This document shows positions 34,968 through 43,475 of a stretch of DNA of 64,000 nucleotides, in pieces. The position numbers and the translations under genes were made by a program. Every line of letters begins with the position of its first letter. The first letter of the stretch is position 1. The notes below the pieces were generated by a model that saw nothing but the letters and a program-made list of their open reading frames with translations, searched no databases and was not told the DNA's origin. Origin of the DNA: a virus (Duplodnaviria > Caudoviricetes); IMG/VR virus record IMGVR_UViG_3300020577_002776, positions 4,697 through 68,696 of that record; one strand, written 5' to 3'.

Positions 34968-35194
34968 GCTACGGTTGCTACAACCGTAAGCCGTTCAAAT
35001 CGGCGCAGGTGCTACACGGTATGAGTAGCAAGACTGGTGGTCACGTCAAAATCCTGATCCCCTTCCGGATGGCCACGGATTGCCAATACACGAAAACAGA
35101 ACTCGGCCAAAAAGATCCTGGCTGCGTCGATTGCCGCTGGAAAGAAGACAGCAAACCACAACCTGAAAGTAACGAGAATGTCAAACCACTATGA
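34964..35194 (+). CDS. Small Cys-containing hypothetical protein
   Basis: ATGA overlap; YGCYNR...CQYT...DPGC.DC. Confidence 0.6.
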   Translation: MSYGCYNRKPFKSAQVLHGMSSKTGGHVKILIPFRMATDCQYTKTELGQKDPGCVDCRWKEDSKPQPESNENVKPL

Positions 35195-35786
35195 AGTGCT
35201 GGGCGTGACGGAAGAAGCCACGCAAGACGAGATCAAGCAAGCTTATCGCAAGAAGGCCAGCGATGCCCATCCGGACCGCGATGGTGGTGACGCCGAAGCC
35301 ATGGCCCTAATCAATCAAGCTTACGAGGTCCTGGGCGATCCTAAGCGGCGCCAGGATTACGATGATGGGGGCTCAGGCCGCGCGTCTATGGATTTGGATT
35401 CCATGATTGCCAAAAGTCTGGTGGCCCTGATTGGCCGAGTTCTCGATATGTCCGGCAATCTGGTAGTCAATGCAACCAAGATACTCAACTCTGAAAAGAA
35501 GATTGCGAAAGAACGGATTGCCGAAAGCAAAATCCTGATCGCCCGTGCGGAAGCCCGCAAAGCCTTGATCACGGCGAAGGAAGCCCCATCCGGGAACGTA
35601 GCCCACTTGCTGCTGGACCGACAGATTGAGGACCATGGCAAAACGATTGCTCAAATGGAGGCCCATCTGTTGGTGCTGGCCGGGGTGGAATCAGAGCTGA
35701 ATCACTACGAAGATGCCCAACCCGATCCCAACCAAGGGCAGTTCCAGTGGGGTGGCACCGGGGCAGCTTATATGAGGACTTTCTAG
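35178..35786 (+). CDS. J-domain (DnaJ-like) protein
   Basis: HYEVLGV..AT.DEIK.AYRK.A...HPDR...INQAYEVL.DP.RR..YD. Confidence 0.9.
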   Translation: MSNHYEVLGVTEEATQDEIKQAYRKKASDAHPDRDGGDAEAMALINQAYEVLGDPKRRQDYDDGGSGRASMDLDSMIAKSLVALIGRVLDMSGNLVVNATKILNSEKKIAKERIAESKILIARAEARKALITAKEAPSGNVAHLLLDRQIEDHGKTIAQMEAHLLVLAGVESELNHYEDAQPDPNQGQFQWGGTGAAYMRTF

Positions 35787-36295
35787 TGATCACGCAATAC
35801 CATATCGGCCTCGTATTGCCCCAAGGTGGCATGTCAGATAAACAGTGGACTTGGTTTATGGCCGAGCTGAAACACCGGGTGAGCTGTTTAACTCCCGATC
35901 CGGATGGGCGCCCATCTGGGGTCAATCTGCACCTGCCTAGTTTTAACGTGCTGAAGCCCGATGATAGCGGGGGATTGGTCCGTATTTACAATCGACCCCT
36001 CCCGGCCCAGTGCAAGATACAGATCGTCTCTTGTCCTGATACCTCGAAAGCTGCCCACCAGTTCATCATGGCTATGATGGTGAATATGGACGAGGTCTGG
36101 TGTATGCCAACTTACGGTCAGATTCACGCCCTAAGTCGGGGACGGCCCGCGGTGATCTACCGAGCATCACAACGCCTGGAGCCACAGGTGGCCTGTAAAT
36201 TCAAATGGATACCACCTTGGGTAGAAGTTTATCAACCTGCGGAGAAGCAGAAGAAAGGAAAGAGAAATGGAAAACCAACTATCTTTAGAACTTGA
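35786..36295 (+). CDS. Hypothetical protein, possibly a degenerate SLOG/Rossmann fold
   Basis: GTG overlapping the upstream stop; HIG...GMSDKQ start weakly resembles SLOG proteins. Confidence 0.45.
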   Translation: MITQYHIGLVLPQGGMSDKQWTWFMAELKHRVSCLTPDPDGRPSGVNLHLPSFNVLKPDDSGGLVRIYNRPLPAQCKIQIVSCPDTSKAAHQFIMAMMVNMDEVWCMPTYGQIHALSRGRPAVIYRASQRLEPQVACKFKWIPPWVEVYQPAEKQKKGKRNGKPTIFRT

Positions 36296-36584
36296 CGCGA
36301 AGGCCCCGAGGGTTCGGGTGCGCTTGCTGAGTGACGATGAACTGGAAATGGAGGACCGGTTCAAGGAGATTGGATATTCGCCGTGGGTGGCGTTTAAGGA
36401 TCAGATTCCCCCGGAGTCAGGGGGATGGGAAGTCCGGATCCCACCTGCTCTGGTAGGACGGAAAACTCACCTGGATGATTTTGCCCGCATACAGCTGGGG
36501 CTGGACAACTCTCCGTGGGAATGGCGGGGGCTTGCTGCTCCATACAGCGAAGCCCCACCGCGTCGGCGTGTTATTCTGGCGTAA
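36267..36584 (+). CDS. Hypothetical protein with N-terminal QLSLEL
   Basis: Last plus-strand ORF, convergent with the lysis cassette. Confidence 0.55.
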   Translation: MENQLSLELDAKAPRVRVRLLSDDELEMEDRFKEIGYSPWVAFKDQIPPESGGWEVRIPPALVGRKTHLDDFARIQLGLDNSPWEWRGLAAPYSEAPPRRRVILA

Positions 36585-37077
36585 CGTCGTTCAGGGCTTT
36601 GGCGGCCGCGTTGTACTTGGCTTGGCAGTCGACGAGGTTAATTCGGAGTTTCTCGGCTCGGGCAGATTCCCTTGTAAGAAACTCTCCATCCTCCCGGTAA
36701 AGCCCGGCTCCTGTTCCGCTGACTCCTGGCCCAGTGGGGGCAGCACTGGGCACCCCATCCGTGCTGGTGCGCGTGGGGCGGTTCCGCAAGCTGATAAGAG
36801 CATTGCCAAGATTAGACTGAAGGCTAGCAAGCTGGCCGTTCGTGCTGGTTTGCTGGGTTTGAAAAGCATTGGTTAATCCTCTGGTGGTGGTTAATGCCTG
36901 CTCTGCTGTGGTAGCCCGATCTTGGGCCATTTGCAGCCGCTCTGCGGCCATCTTTGCTTGCTCGTGGGTAACCCCACGATTGAAGCTCCAGTTATAGGCA
37001 AACCAGAGCAGGGCTGCTGCAGCAACCCACCCGGCGATAGCAAGCCAGGCTTTCATAGTGGGGAGGGCGAAATTCAT
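36571..37077 (-). CDS. Rz: i-spanin
   Basis: N-terminal TM helix, coiled coil, C-terminal A..LR..L..CQ..Y; follows the endolysin. Confidence 0.85.
   Translation of the reverse strand: MNFALPTMKAWLAIAGWVAAAALLWFAYNWSFNRGVTHEQAKMAAERLQMAQDRATTAEQALTTTRGLTNAFQTQQTSTNGQLASLQSNLGNALISLRNRPTRTSTDGVPSAAPTGPGVSGTGAGLYREDGEFLTRESARAEKLRINLVDCQAKYNAAAKALNDVTPE
36591..36869 (-). CDS. Rz1: o-spanin lipoprotein embedded in Rz
   Basis: Lipobox LLSAC, Pro-rich, C-terminal CP.LPP; wholly nested in another frame of Rz. Confidence 0.85.
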   Translation of the reverse strand: MLFKPSKPARTASLLAFSLILAMLLSACGTAPRAPARMGCPVLPPLGQESAEQEPGFTGRMESFLQGNLPEPRNSELTSSTAKPSTTRPPKP

Positions 37078-37562
37078 GGAAGATCCTTCAGGCAATAGGA
37101 GAGTTCAAGATTCCGGCGCTTCGTGAGGCCCGGCAGTTCGACCATCATCCCAGCTACCTTTGCCTTATTCCAACGGAGCAACTGATGGCAGGCCCCAGAC
37201 CAATCCCCGGCCTTGAGCATGCGGGCCGCGGTGCTCTTCTGGGGATCACAGGCAATCATTGGTCCCAGGTTGTAGGCAGCGTCGCCAAAAGCGATTAGGA
37301 CCCCCTCCGGGGCTTCGGGAACGCAGCGGTCAACCTGATCCACGGCTTTGAGCATATCGCGCGTCAGGAGCCCTTTGCATTCATCTACGGAGTAGGTCTT
37401 TCCTTTGACCACGTCGGGGCCGGTGGTGCCATAGCAAACAGTTAGCACGCCGGGGGGATCGTAATAGGCGACCTGCCGGAGTCCCTCACTAGGAATCGCA
37501 ATCAAAGCGGCGATCGTGGCGGCGGTCCCTACCTTGCGGGCACGATTACTTGGGGGCATCAT
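37074..37562 (-). CDS. GH24 lysozyme, probable SAR endolysin
   Basis: EG...Y.D...LT.CYG.T (E-x8-D-x5-T), hydrophobic N-terminus, C-terminal LPGLTKRR. Confidence 0.92.
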   Translation of the reverse strand: MMPPSNRARKVGTAATIAALIAIPSEGLRQVAYYDPPGVLTVCYGTTGPDVVKGKTYSVDECKGLLTRDMLKAVDQVDRCVPEAPEGVLIAFGDAAYNLGPMIACDPQKSTAARMLKAGDWSGACHQLLRWNKAKVAGMMVELPGLTKRRNLELSYCLKDLP

Positions 37563-37764
37563 GCAACTCCTTTTGAACGACGAGGCGGGAGATCACGGTG
37601 GCAAGGCTGGTGATTACTGCCAGCAGGGCAAAGAGCCCCCGTGGTATCGCATCACTGAATAAGGGCAGGAAGGCTTCAACCCCTCCGAACATTCCGGAGA
37701 AGACTGCCCAGCGAATGGACCAGGCTCTTTTGAGCACCCGCTTGTAGTCTGGAATCAGTTTCAT
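37546..37764 (-). CDS. Holin
   Basis: Two TM segments, KLIPD.KRVLKRAWSIR start, directly upstream of the endolysin. Confidence 0.75.
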   Translation of the reverse strand: MKLIPDYKRVLKRAWSIRWAVFSGMFGGVEAFLPLFSDAIPRGLFALLAVITSLATVISRLVVQKELHDAPK

Positions 37765-37788
37765 AACCACTCCTGTAAAAATGACAAC

Positions 37789-37821
37789 AAAAAGCCGCTA
37801 CCCCAGTTAAAGAGTAGCGGC
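37789..37821 (-). terminator. Intrinsic terminator upstream of the lysis cassette
   Basis: GCCGCTAC/GTAGCGGC stem followed by T5. Confidence 0.7.
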
Positions 37822-37857
37822 GAGATTGACCAAGGCCCGGAGGGGCCTGTCAGGGAA

Positions 37858-38169
37858 TCAGGCCCAAGGGACCGGAGCAGTCACCGGAGCCTGATTGAGA
37901 CGGAGTTTATATGCCGCGAGTTCAGCATCAGCTTGGCGCTCAAACTGATTGTCATCACCGGCATCACGTTTGATCCATTCGACAACTTTGGCTTCCGTCA
38001 AGTCTTCGAATGGGATGGGAGTCACGGGTTGATTGGCAAAGCCAGTATGGTAGTTGTGCTTGAAGGAGTGCGTACCGTCATTGGCCGTGATGCTGAAAGA
38101 AGCCCCCAGCACGATTCCAGCTGGGTTTTTGGTCAAGTTGGTGACTGCGTATGCGTAGGTAGTAGGCAT
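37858..38169 (-). CDS. Tail-fibre-associated small protein
   Basis: PIPFEDLTEA.V..W.K motif; lies downstream of a tail fibre. Confidence 0.55.
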   Translation of the reverse strand: MPTTYAYAVTNLTKNPAGIVLGASFSITANDGTHSFKHNYHTGFANQPVTPIPFEDLTEAKVVEWIKRDAGDDNQFERQADAELAAYKLRLNQAPVTAPVPWA

Positions 38170-38197
38170 GATGATTCCTTATAGAGTTGAAACAGAC

Positions 38198-38404
38198 TTA
38201 CTCAGAGGCCGGGGCTTCAGAAGGAGGCGGAGCGGTGGGGCCAGAGTCTTCGGTGGTCTGGGCCTTGAACTGATTGGTCAAGTCAACCAGCAGGGGGTAG
38301 GACCCTGATTTGTTGGGCAAGTCCCCTAGGATGTTGAGGATAGCCCCGGCTGCTTGGGGATGCATGGTAAAAGTGATTGGTTTGATTTGCATAGGAACTT
38401 TCAT
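38198..38404 (-). CDS. Tail-fibre-associated small protein
   Basis: IL..LG.LP.KSG.YPL...L..Q pattern; position after the fibre gene. Confidence 0.5.
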   Translation of the reverse strand: MKVPMQIKPITFTMHPQAAGAILNILGDLPNKSGSYPLLVDLTNQFKAQTTEDSGPTAPPPSEAPASE

Positions 38405-38434
38405 GAAAAGAAGGTCAAATAACTTGACCCTCAA

Positions 38435-38459
38435 TATATACAGCCATAGGGCTAGTTAG
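38435..38459 (-). promoter_or_regulatory. Phage-type promoter motif
   Basis: CTAAC-14 nt ending in G-TATATA. Confidence 0.6.
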
Positions 38460-40317
38460 CCGCAATGATTACCCAGTTTGTGCCATTCGATTGCAAGGTG
38501 GCATACTTACCTGCAGTAGCAGCAAGAATGGCGGTCCCCGCTGCTCCCCCGGCTAAGGGGACCACGTTGGATGAAGCTGAAGTCACGGTGCCAGCGAATT
38601 GCGTTACCAAATTGAGTATCCGGTTAGGATAGCTAGCAGCAGCAGGCAAGGTGTAAACCGAGGCCTGCGTCGTCTGGATGATGGTGCAATCCGTAGCCCC
38701 CACTGAGCAGGTAGCCCCGCTGTTCGTGGCAAAACCAAGAGCAATGGAGTTAGTATCTACCGCGGCAATTGGGGCCGTTACCTTCCCGAAGGATGAATTC
38801 CCAGCGTAGGCATTATTCGCGCTGCCTGCCGCATAAAAATTCCACCGATTGGCCCCCGCCGCCATATTGCCATGGAAGCTATAGTTATTGGTACCTCCGG
38901 TCAGATTCGAGGAGACGTAATACCCATATTGCCGGGTCACGGTCCCAGCAATAGTTCCCTGAGCCACATAGAAGTGCTCCATGTCAGGTAGGGTGAACCC
39001 AGCGGCCTGACCCATAAACGAACTAATACCGATTGCTTCAGTGGTGACATCCGACTGCACAACGCCCGCCTGGCGAATGCCGAAAGAAGTCACGGCGCCT
39101 GTTATGTTTTTGCCGACGTGCAGCGAGTATCCGGTCAGGGTTGTGGTGCCGACGCCGACGCTTCCCGCAAAGTAGTTATCCGCAGTCCCCGCTGCGTAGA
39201 AGTTGTAGGTGTTCGACGCAGCAGCAAGCCCGCAATATGCCCCGTAATTCGTCGTCCCTACGGTATGGGGTTGGATGTTCAGTCCGAATACCGTGCTTAT
39301 CGTTGCGCTGCCAGAGTTGGCGATGCTTGTTGCGAAACCGCTGAAGCTGGTCAGCGTACCTGCGGCGCTGGTTGTGAGCTTGCTACGAACACCATAGGTT
39401 GCTGACGCGGTAACTGCATCTTGCAGGATGACATCACCTTGAGTACCGATGATATTGCCTGTCCCGCCATACCCAGTCACTATGTATGTTATCCCCTGGA
39501 CCCCGAGTTTTTGAGTGGAGCCGGAAGCCGCATTTGTGTTTACCTGGAAAACAGCATTTGTGTCCGCAGCAGACGTGGACGAGCCGGTCAAGTAGCTGTA
39601 TATCTTGCTCGTTGCTGCTGGCGCGATACCAATCCCCAAACTACCAGCAAAATAGTTGTCCGCGGTGCCTGCTGCATAGAAGTTGTAGCGATTAGCTCCG
39701 GCCGGGATGTTCCCATAAAAGCCGTAGTTAGTAGTGGCCCCGGTCAGGCCTGCTATTACGTAGAAGCCATATTGCCGATTCACCGTCCCCGTGAAAACGC
39801 CGGCACTGGCTACGTAGTGTTCAAAATCCGGAAGGGTGCCAGCACTCACTGCCGGGTTAGAAACAAATGAGGAAAATTCGGACGTCACAACCGAGGGATC
39901 AATCGTCCCGGCTAATCTGGATCCGATGGATGCCGCCGCGTAGTTATGCGTCCCAGAAGCATACATCCGAGTGTTCGTAAGAGGAACAGCGCCGAGCCCC
40001 ATACGCCCGGCGCTGTCTATCCGGATACGCTCAACCCCACTAGTGCTTACGGCCCAAGTATCAGCGGCAGGAAACCACAGCCCAGTGTTCGGGTCACCAA
40101 TTGATGTGATTGAGGGCAGAGCCGCAGTCCCGGCAGCAAAAGAGGAAACCCCAGACACGGCCAGAGTGCTTGCCAAACTCACTGGCACTGGCAAGTTAGT
40201 AAAAAGATTATCCAGCGTAATCTTTTTCAAATCAAACCCGTCACGGCTAAATGGCAAGAAATCCCCCGCCAATAGCGCCGTGACTGTCGGCAGTTGATTC
40301 ATGTATAAAGCCGTCAT
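38452..40317 (-). CDS. Long tail fibre/receptor-binding protein with three internal repeats
   Basis: AAGT.ALPSI..GD.NTG.WFP.AD, ER.RIDSAG, three copies of [YW]NFYAAG.A.N..AG. Confidence 0.8.
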   Translation of the reverse strand: MTALYMNQLPTVTALLAGDFLPFSRDGFDLKKITLDNLFTNLPVPVSLASTLAVSGVSSFAAGTAALPSITSIGDPNTGLWFPAADTWAVSTSGVERIRIDSAGRMGLGAVPLTNTRMYASGTHNYAAASIGSRLAGTIDPSVVTSEFSSFVSNPAVSAGTLPDFEHYVASAGVFTGTVNRQYGFYVIAGLTGATTNYGFYGNIPAGANRYNFYAAGTADNYFAGSLGIGIAPAATSKIYSYLTGSSTSAADTNAVFQVNTNAASGSTQKLGVQGITYIVTGYGGTGNIIGTQGDVILQDAVTASATYGVRSKLTTSAAGTLTSFSGFATSIANSGSATISTVFGLNIQPHTVGTTNYGAYCGLAAASNTYNFYAAGTADNYFAGSVGVGTTTLTGYSLHVGKNITGAVTSFGIRQAGVVQSDVTTEAIGISSFMGQAAGFTLPDMEHFYVAQGTIAGTVTRQYGYYVSSNLTGGTNNYSFHGNMAAGANRWNFYAAGSANNAYAGNSSFGKVTAPIAAVDTNSIALGFATNSGATCSVGATDCTIIQTTQASVYTLPAAASYPNRILNLVTQFAGTVTSASSNVVPLAGGAAGTAILAATAGKYATLQSNGTNWVIIAAN

Positions 40318-40336
40318 TGCTTAACTCCTTAGGAGG

Positions 40337-40726
40337 TCACTTCGCAGTGCCACCAAAAATTGATTTAACCGCCCCGACTAGGGCTCCAAAGCCCCCGACG
40401 GAGTAGATCAGGGACATGATGAAAGCGATAGTTATCCCTTTTTTAACCAGCCCCCAAAGACTACCCAGGACAAAACTCCCTGCTTTTTGGGAGGCGTGCT
40501 TTTGGAGGGTGGAGAATCCCACGAACCAAAACTGCTGCACTGAATCTTCTTTCAGCGCCTCCTTAATAGCATCCTTGATGCCCAGTGCGACCGCCTCCGC
40601 TATTTGCTGGCGGAGGTAGTGGATGGTCTCGTTAGTCAAGCGCACCTCTTGCGGAGAGCGCCGGTCCTTTTCAGGGGGCACTGGCCCTTCTGCGCTCTCC
40701 AGATCAATCTCAGGACGATCACTCAT
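40337..40726 (-). CDS. Membrane-anchored hypothetical protein
   Basis: C-terminal hydrophobic helices. Confidence 0.65.
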   Translation of the reverse strand: MSDRPEIDLESAEGPVPPEKDRRSPQEVRLTNETIHYLRQQIAEAVALGIKDAIKEALKEDSVQQFWFVGFSTLQKHASQKAGSFVLGSLWGLVKKGITIAFIMSLIYSVGGFGALVGAVKSIFGGTAK

Positions 40727-40738
40727 GCTGATGACCCT

Positions 40739-41449
40739 TTATGGCAAAGTGGGGGCGGGGGGCAAGGAGGCAATAAACGCATCACCTTCGGGGATGGTTT
40801 CCGTCTCGGCCAGCATAGCCGCGTACCGGGGCTTCGTAGCGGCTCGGCATTGGTCCCGGTAGGCCGACAAGGCTTGCGCTCGTTGTCGGCTCTCAGGATC
40901 ATCACTGAAGGCATAGCTAACGGCGTCCAAGATACTGTCAAAGCCCCAGTCCTCGGCCAGATCGTCAAGATGTGCAGTTACCGCCCGGCGCAAGTGCTTG
41001 AGCCCTTTAGCATTGGGCTTCACCTTTGGTTTCTTCTTCAGGATCGGATGGCCATCCTGATCGGCGTCAATAATTTGCCCGGCTTGCTCCCCCACCAGCA
41101 TGGCTACGTGCTGCTCTGGGGTAATCTCCACTGCATCAGCGGGAATCTTGCAATCAGGATTCGGGATCGTGACAATTGGCCCCACGGCGTCGAAGTCCGG
41201 AACCTCAATCTCTGGGCGGACGGCGTCAGAATCAATCACTTCAATTTCTGGTGCGATGGCGTCCGGCTGATCGTCCGGAGCAACCCACGCGGGATCGGGG
41301 ATCATCTTGGTAGGAGGCTCCCAGGCAGGATCAGGCACCAGCTTCATGGGGGGCGTCCATGAAGGATCAACTGTGGTCAAAGTACGGACCCCACTTACCA
41401 GGGAGGAATAGAAGCCCTTGGTAGAGCGTGAAAAATAAAATCGTGACAT
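40739..41449 (-). CDS. Tail fibre assembly chaperone-like protein with Pro/Trp repeats
   Basis: YFS....GFY...IP.DAVEIT.E.H..ML..G..I.AD.DG.P; three DP.W.(P)P repeats. Confidence 0.75.
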   Translation of the reverse strand: MSRFYFSRSTKGFYSSLVSGVRTLTTVDPSWTPPMKLVPDPAWEPPTKMIPDPAWVAPDDQPDAIAPEIEVIDSDAVRPEIEVPDFDAVGPIVTIPNPDCKIPADAVEITPEQHVAMLVGEQAGQIIDADQDGHPILKKKPKVKPNAKGLKHLRRAVTAHLDDLAEDWGFDSILDAVSYAFSDDPESRQRAQALSAYRDQCRAATKPRYAAMLAETETIPEGDAFIASLPPAPTLP

Positions 41450-41461
41450 TACCGTTTCTCC

Positions 41462-42721
41462 TTAAATACCGAGGGCCATCCAGACATAAATAGAGCTGAA
41501 TCCGCTTCCGTTGTAGATTTGAATAGCCGAAGTCGACGTACTCACAATCCCGATGGGATTCCCTTGGGCCGTGCTCGCCCCTAAAGTAAAGTAGTTAGCC
41601 GAAGCCGAAATGATGGAACTCGGGAAGGTCACCGGATAGCTCGTGGTCCCAACGGCCCCCGGAGCAATAGCAGCCGTGGCGCCGCCCTGGATAATCATCC
41701 CGGACGGGAGTTTCTGCCACGAAGCACTGCCGGTCGCGCCAAAGGCGAAAACCCCGTCCTGGCGAGTTAGGAGGGGCGTGCCATCGACGATTTCCCAAAT
41801 GCCAGGGGCTACCTTGACCACCCGGCAATAATCCGAGCCTGTCATGGTCACGGAGGTCAAGCCAGTAGAGGACCCGGTGCTGATTACGTCGGTGCTCTGG
41901 CGGGTCAGGGTGCAGGTGCCTCCTTTGACCACAAAGCTGATCGAAGCCCCAATAGGAGCAGCAGACGTCAAGGGCAGGGTCATCGTTCCCCCGGCCCCGG
42001 TCACCTCTATGATCTTGCCACAATCAGCAGCAGCCGTGAGTACCTGGCTGGCAGAGTAGCTGTTCTTGCCGCTAAAGGCCAGTCCGTTCTGTTGAACGAA
42101 GGCGGTGGTAGCCAGCAAGGTGCTGTTGTCAAATTGAGCAGCGGTGGTGCCTGTGCTGCCCGCGGTGCCTCCCGTGCTGCCCAGCAGAACCCACGCCCCG
42201 TTGCCGGCGTTGATGGTCGAGTTCCAGACCACCTCTACCTCACCACCAGCGATGATTGCGCCAGCAGTCAGGGCTACGTAGTTTGAACTCCAGATCGGGG
42301 AAGCAGCAAGACCGTTCGGGGAGAAGGTCGAAGCCCCCGTATTGGCGTACTGCGCTTTGAAGCGCAAGCGACGGCCATCATCTTTGGTCGTGACCGGGAC
42401 CGCGTAGGAGACCGCGTAAGCGTTGGCCGTACCTGTATCAATGCCGTAGCTGATCAGGTTCATGGCCAGGCTTAGGGTACGCTCAAACCCCAAGATCACA
42501 CCATCGTCGTTAATATCCAGCCCCGTGACATCAGCCATCATTTGTGCGATGGCGGAAGCTACGAATGCTGATTGCCGCCATACACTGTTGAGCTGCTGAC
42601 TCTGGGCTACCCCAGCAGCAAAGCCGGTCGGCCGAGCAGCAAGGGCAGAGTATTGGGCGGGAGTCAGGATGTTGGCCCCACCGCCAGTAGCGAAGGGGAG
42701 GAATTGATTGATGCCGGGCAT
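41462..42721 (-). CDS. Baseplate-attached tail fibre
   Basis: NQFLPFATG.GAN...S.QLN.VWRQ N-terminus, DTG.ANAY, TTAAQFDNST.LATTAFV, WQKLPSG.IIQ.G C-terminus. Confidence 0.85.
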   Translation of the reverse strand: MPGINQFLPFATGGGANILTPAQYSALAARPTGFAAGVAQSQQLNSVWRQSAFVASAIAQMMADVTGLDINDDGVILGFERTLSLAMNLISYGIDTGTANAYAVSYAVPVTTKDDGRRLRFKAQYANTGASTFSPNGLAASPIWSSNYVALTAGAIIAGGEVEVVWNSTINAGNGAWVLLGSTGGTAGSTGTTAAQFDNSTLLATTAFVQQNGLAFSGKNSYSASQVLTAAADCGKIIEVTGAGGTMTLPLTSAAPIGASISFVVKGGTCTLTRQSTDVISTGSSTGLTSVTMTGSDYCRVVKVAPGIWEIVDGTPLLTRQDGVFAFGATGSASWQKLPSGMIIQGGATAAIAPGAVGTTSYPVTFPSSIISASANYFTLGASTAQGNPIGIVSTSTSAIQIYNGSGFSSIYVWMALGI

Positions 42722-42730
42722 GTTAAATCC

Positions 42731-43474
42731 TTATGCGTGGGTGGGCCAGGAGCCGAGATCAAAACCTTGGATTGCTCCATTGTCGAGATCAAAGCCAAAA
42801 TAAGTGGAGCCGGACGAAGGCTTCCAATAGTCCATATGCACGCCCTCCGGTTTGATGGGCATGTATCCGTTTTCAAACAAGGAGAGCAGAGTCACCGAGG
42901 GCAGCGTGCCTAAGAAGAACACGCCCGCCGTCATATCCTGATTGTCAACTACGAAGAAGGCCGGAGGGCCAGCAGCAATCAGTGGGTCACGGGGGACGGT
43001 AGTGGCCAGTTCGTCATAGCTGACATTGACTGCCAGATTCTGAATGGCCCCCGGCGTGCTGAAGACCGCGGCAAGAATGGCCTGCATCTGGGCTAGTGAA
43101 CCATCCCAGGAGTTAGCGCCAATCTTGATCCGCAGCATAGTGCGGTAGGTATCGTCATCAAGGACGACTAGCCCTGATAGTGGGTTGCCCGGTCCCTGCC
43201 AAGTACCCTCGTCAAAGCCAGAGCCAACCACATCAAGCTGGAACAGGTTGGGGGGCAGCGGGATAGGCACATTGCGGGAGAAGCCTACCCACAGTCCAAC
43301 TTGATCAAGCTGGACCCCCACTGCCAAGTCCAGGCTGAAATCATCAGGGAGCGCATTGAGCACGTTGATGCCGTCTACGAACCCCATAACTAAAGCCTCA
43401 ACCGTGGCCATGAAGTTAGGCTGCTGGTTATGCTCCGAGGTGATCAGAGCGGTATAGTCAGTAGCTGCTGCCAT
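42731..43474 (-). CDS. Baseplate wedge protein (DUF2612-like)
   Basis: LI.SEH..P.F, F.LD.AVG.QLD.VG.WVG, LDDDTYR..L..KI.AN.WDG. Confidence 0.85.
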   Translation of the reverse strand: MAAATDYTALITSEHNQQPNFMATVEALVMGFVDGINVLNALPDDFSLDLAVGVQLDQVGLWVGFSRNVPIPLPPNLFQLDVVGSGFDEGTWQGPGNPLSGLVVLDDDTYRTMLRIKIGANSWDGSLAQMQAILAAVFSTPGAIQNLAVNVSYDELATTVPRDPLIAAGPPAFFVVDNQDMTAGVFFLGTLPSVTLLSLFENGYMPIKPEGVHMDYWKPSSGSTYFGFDLDNGAIQGFDLGSWPTHA

Positions 43475-43475
43475 G

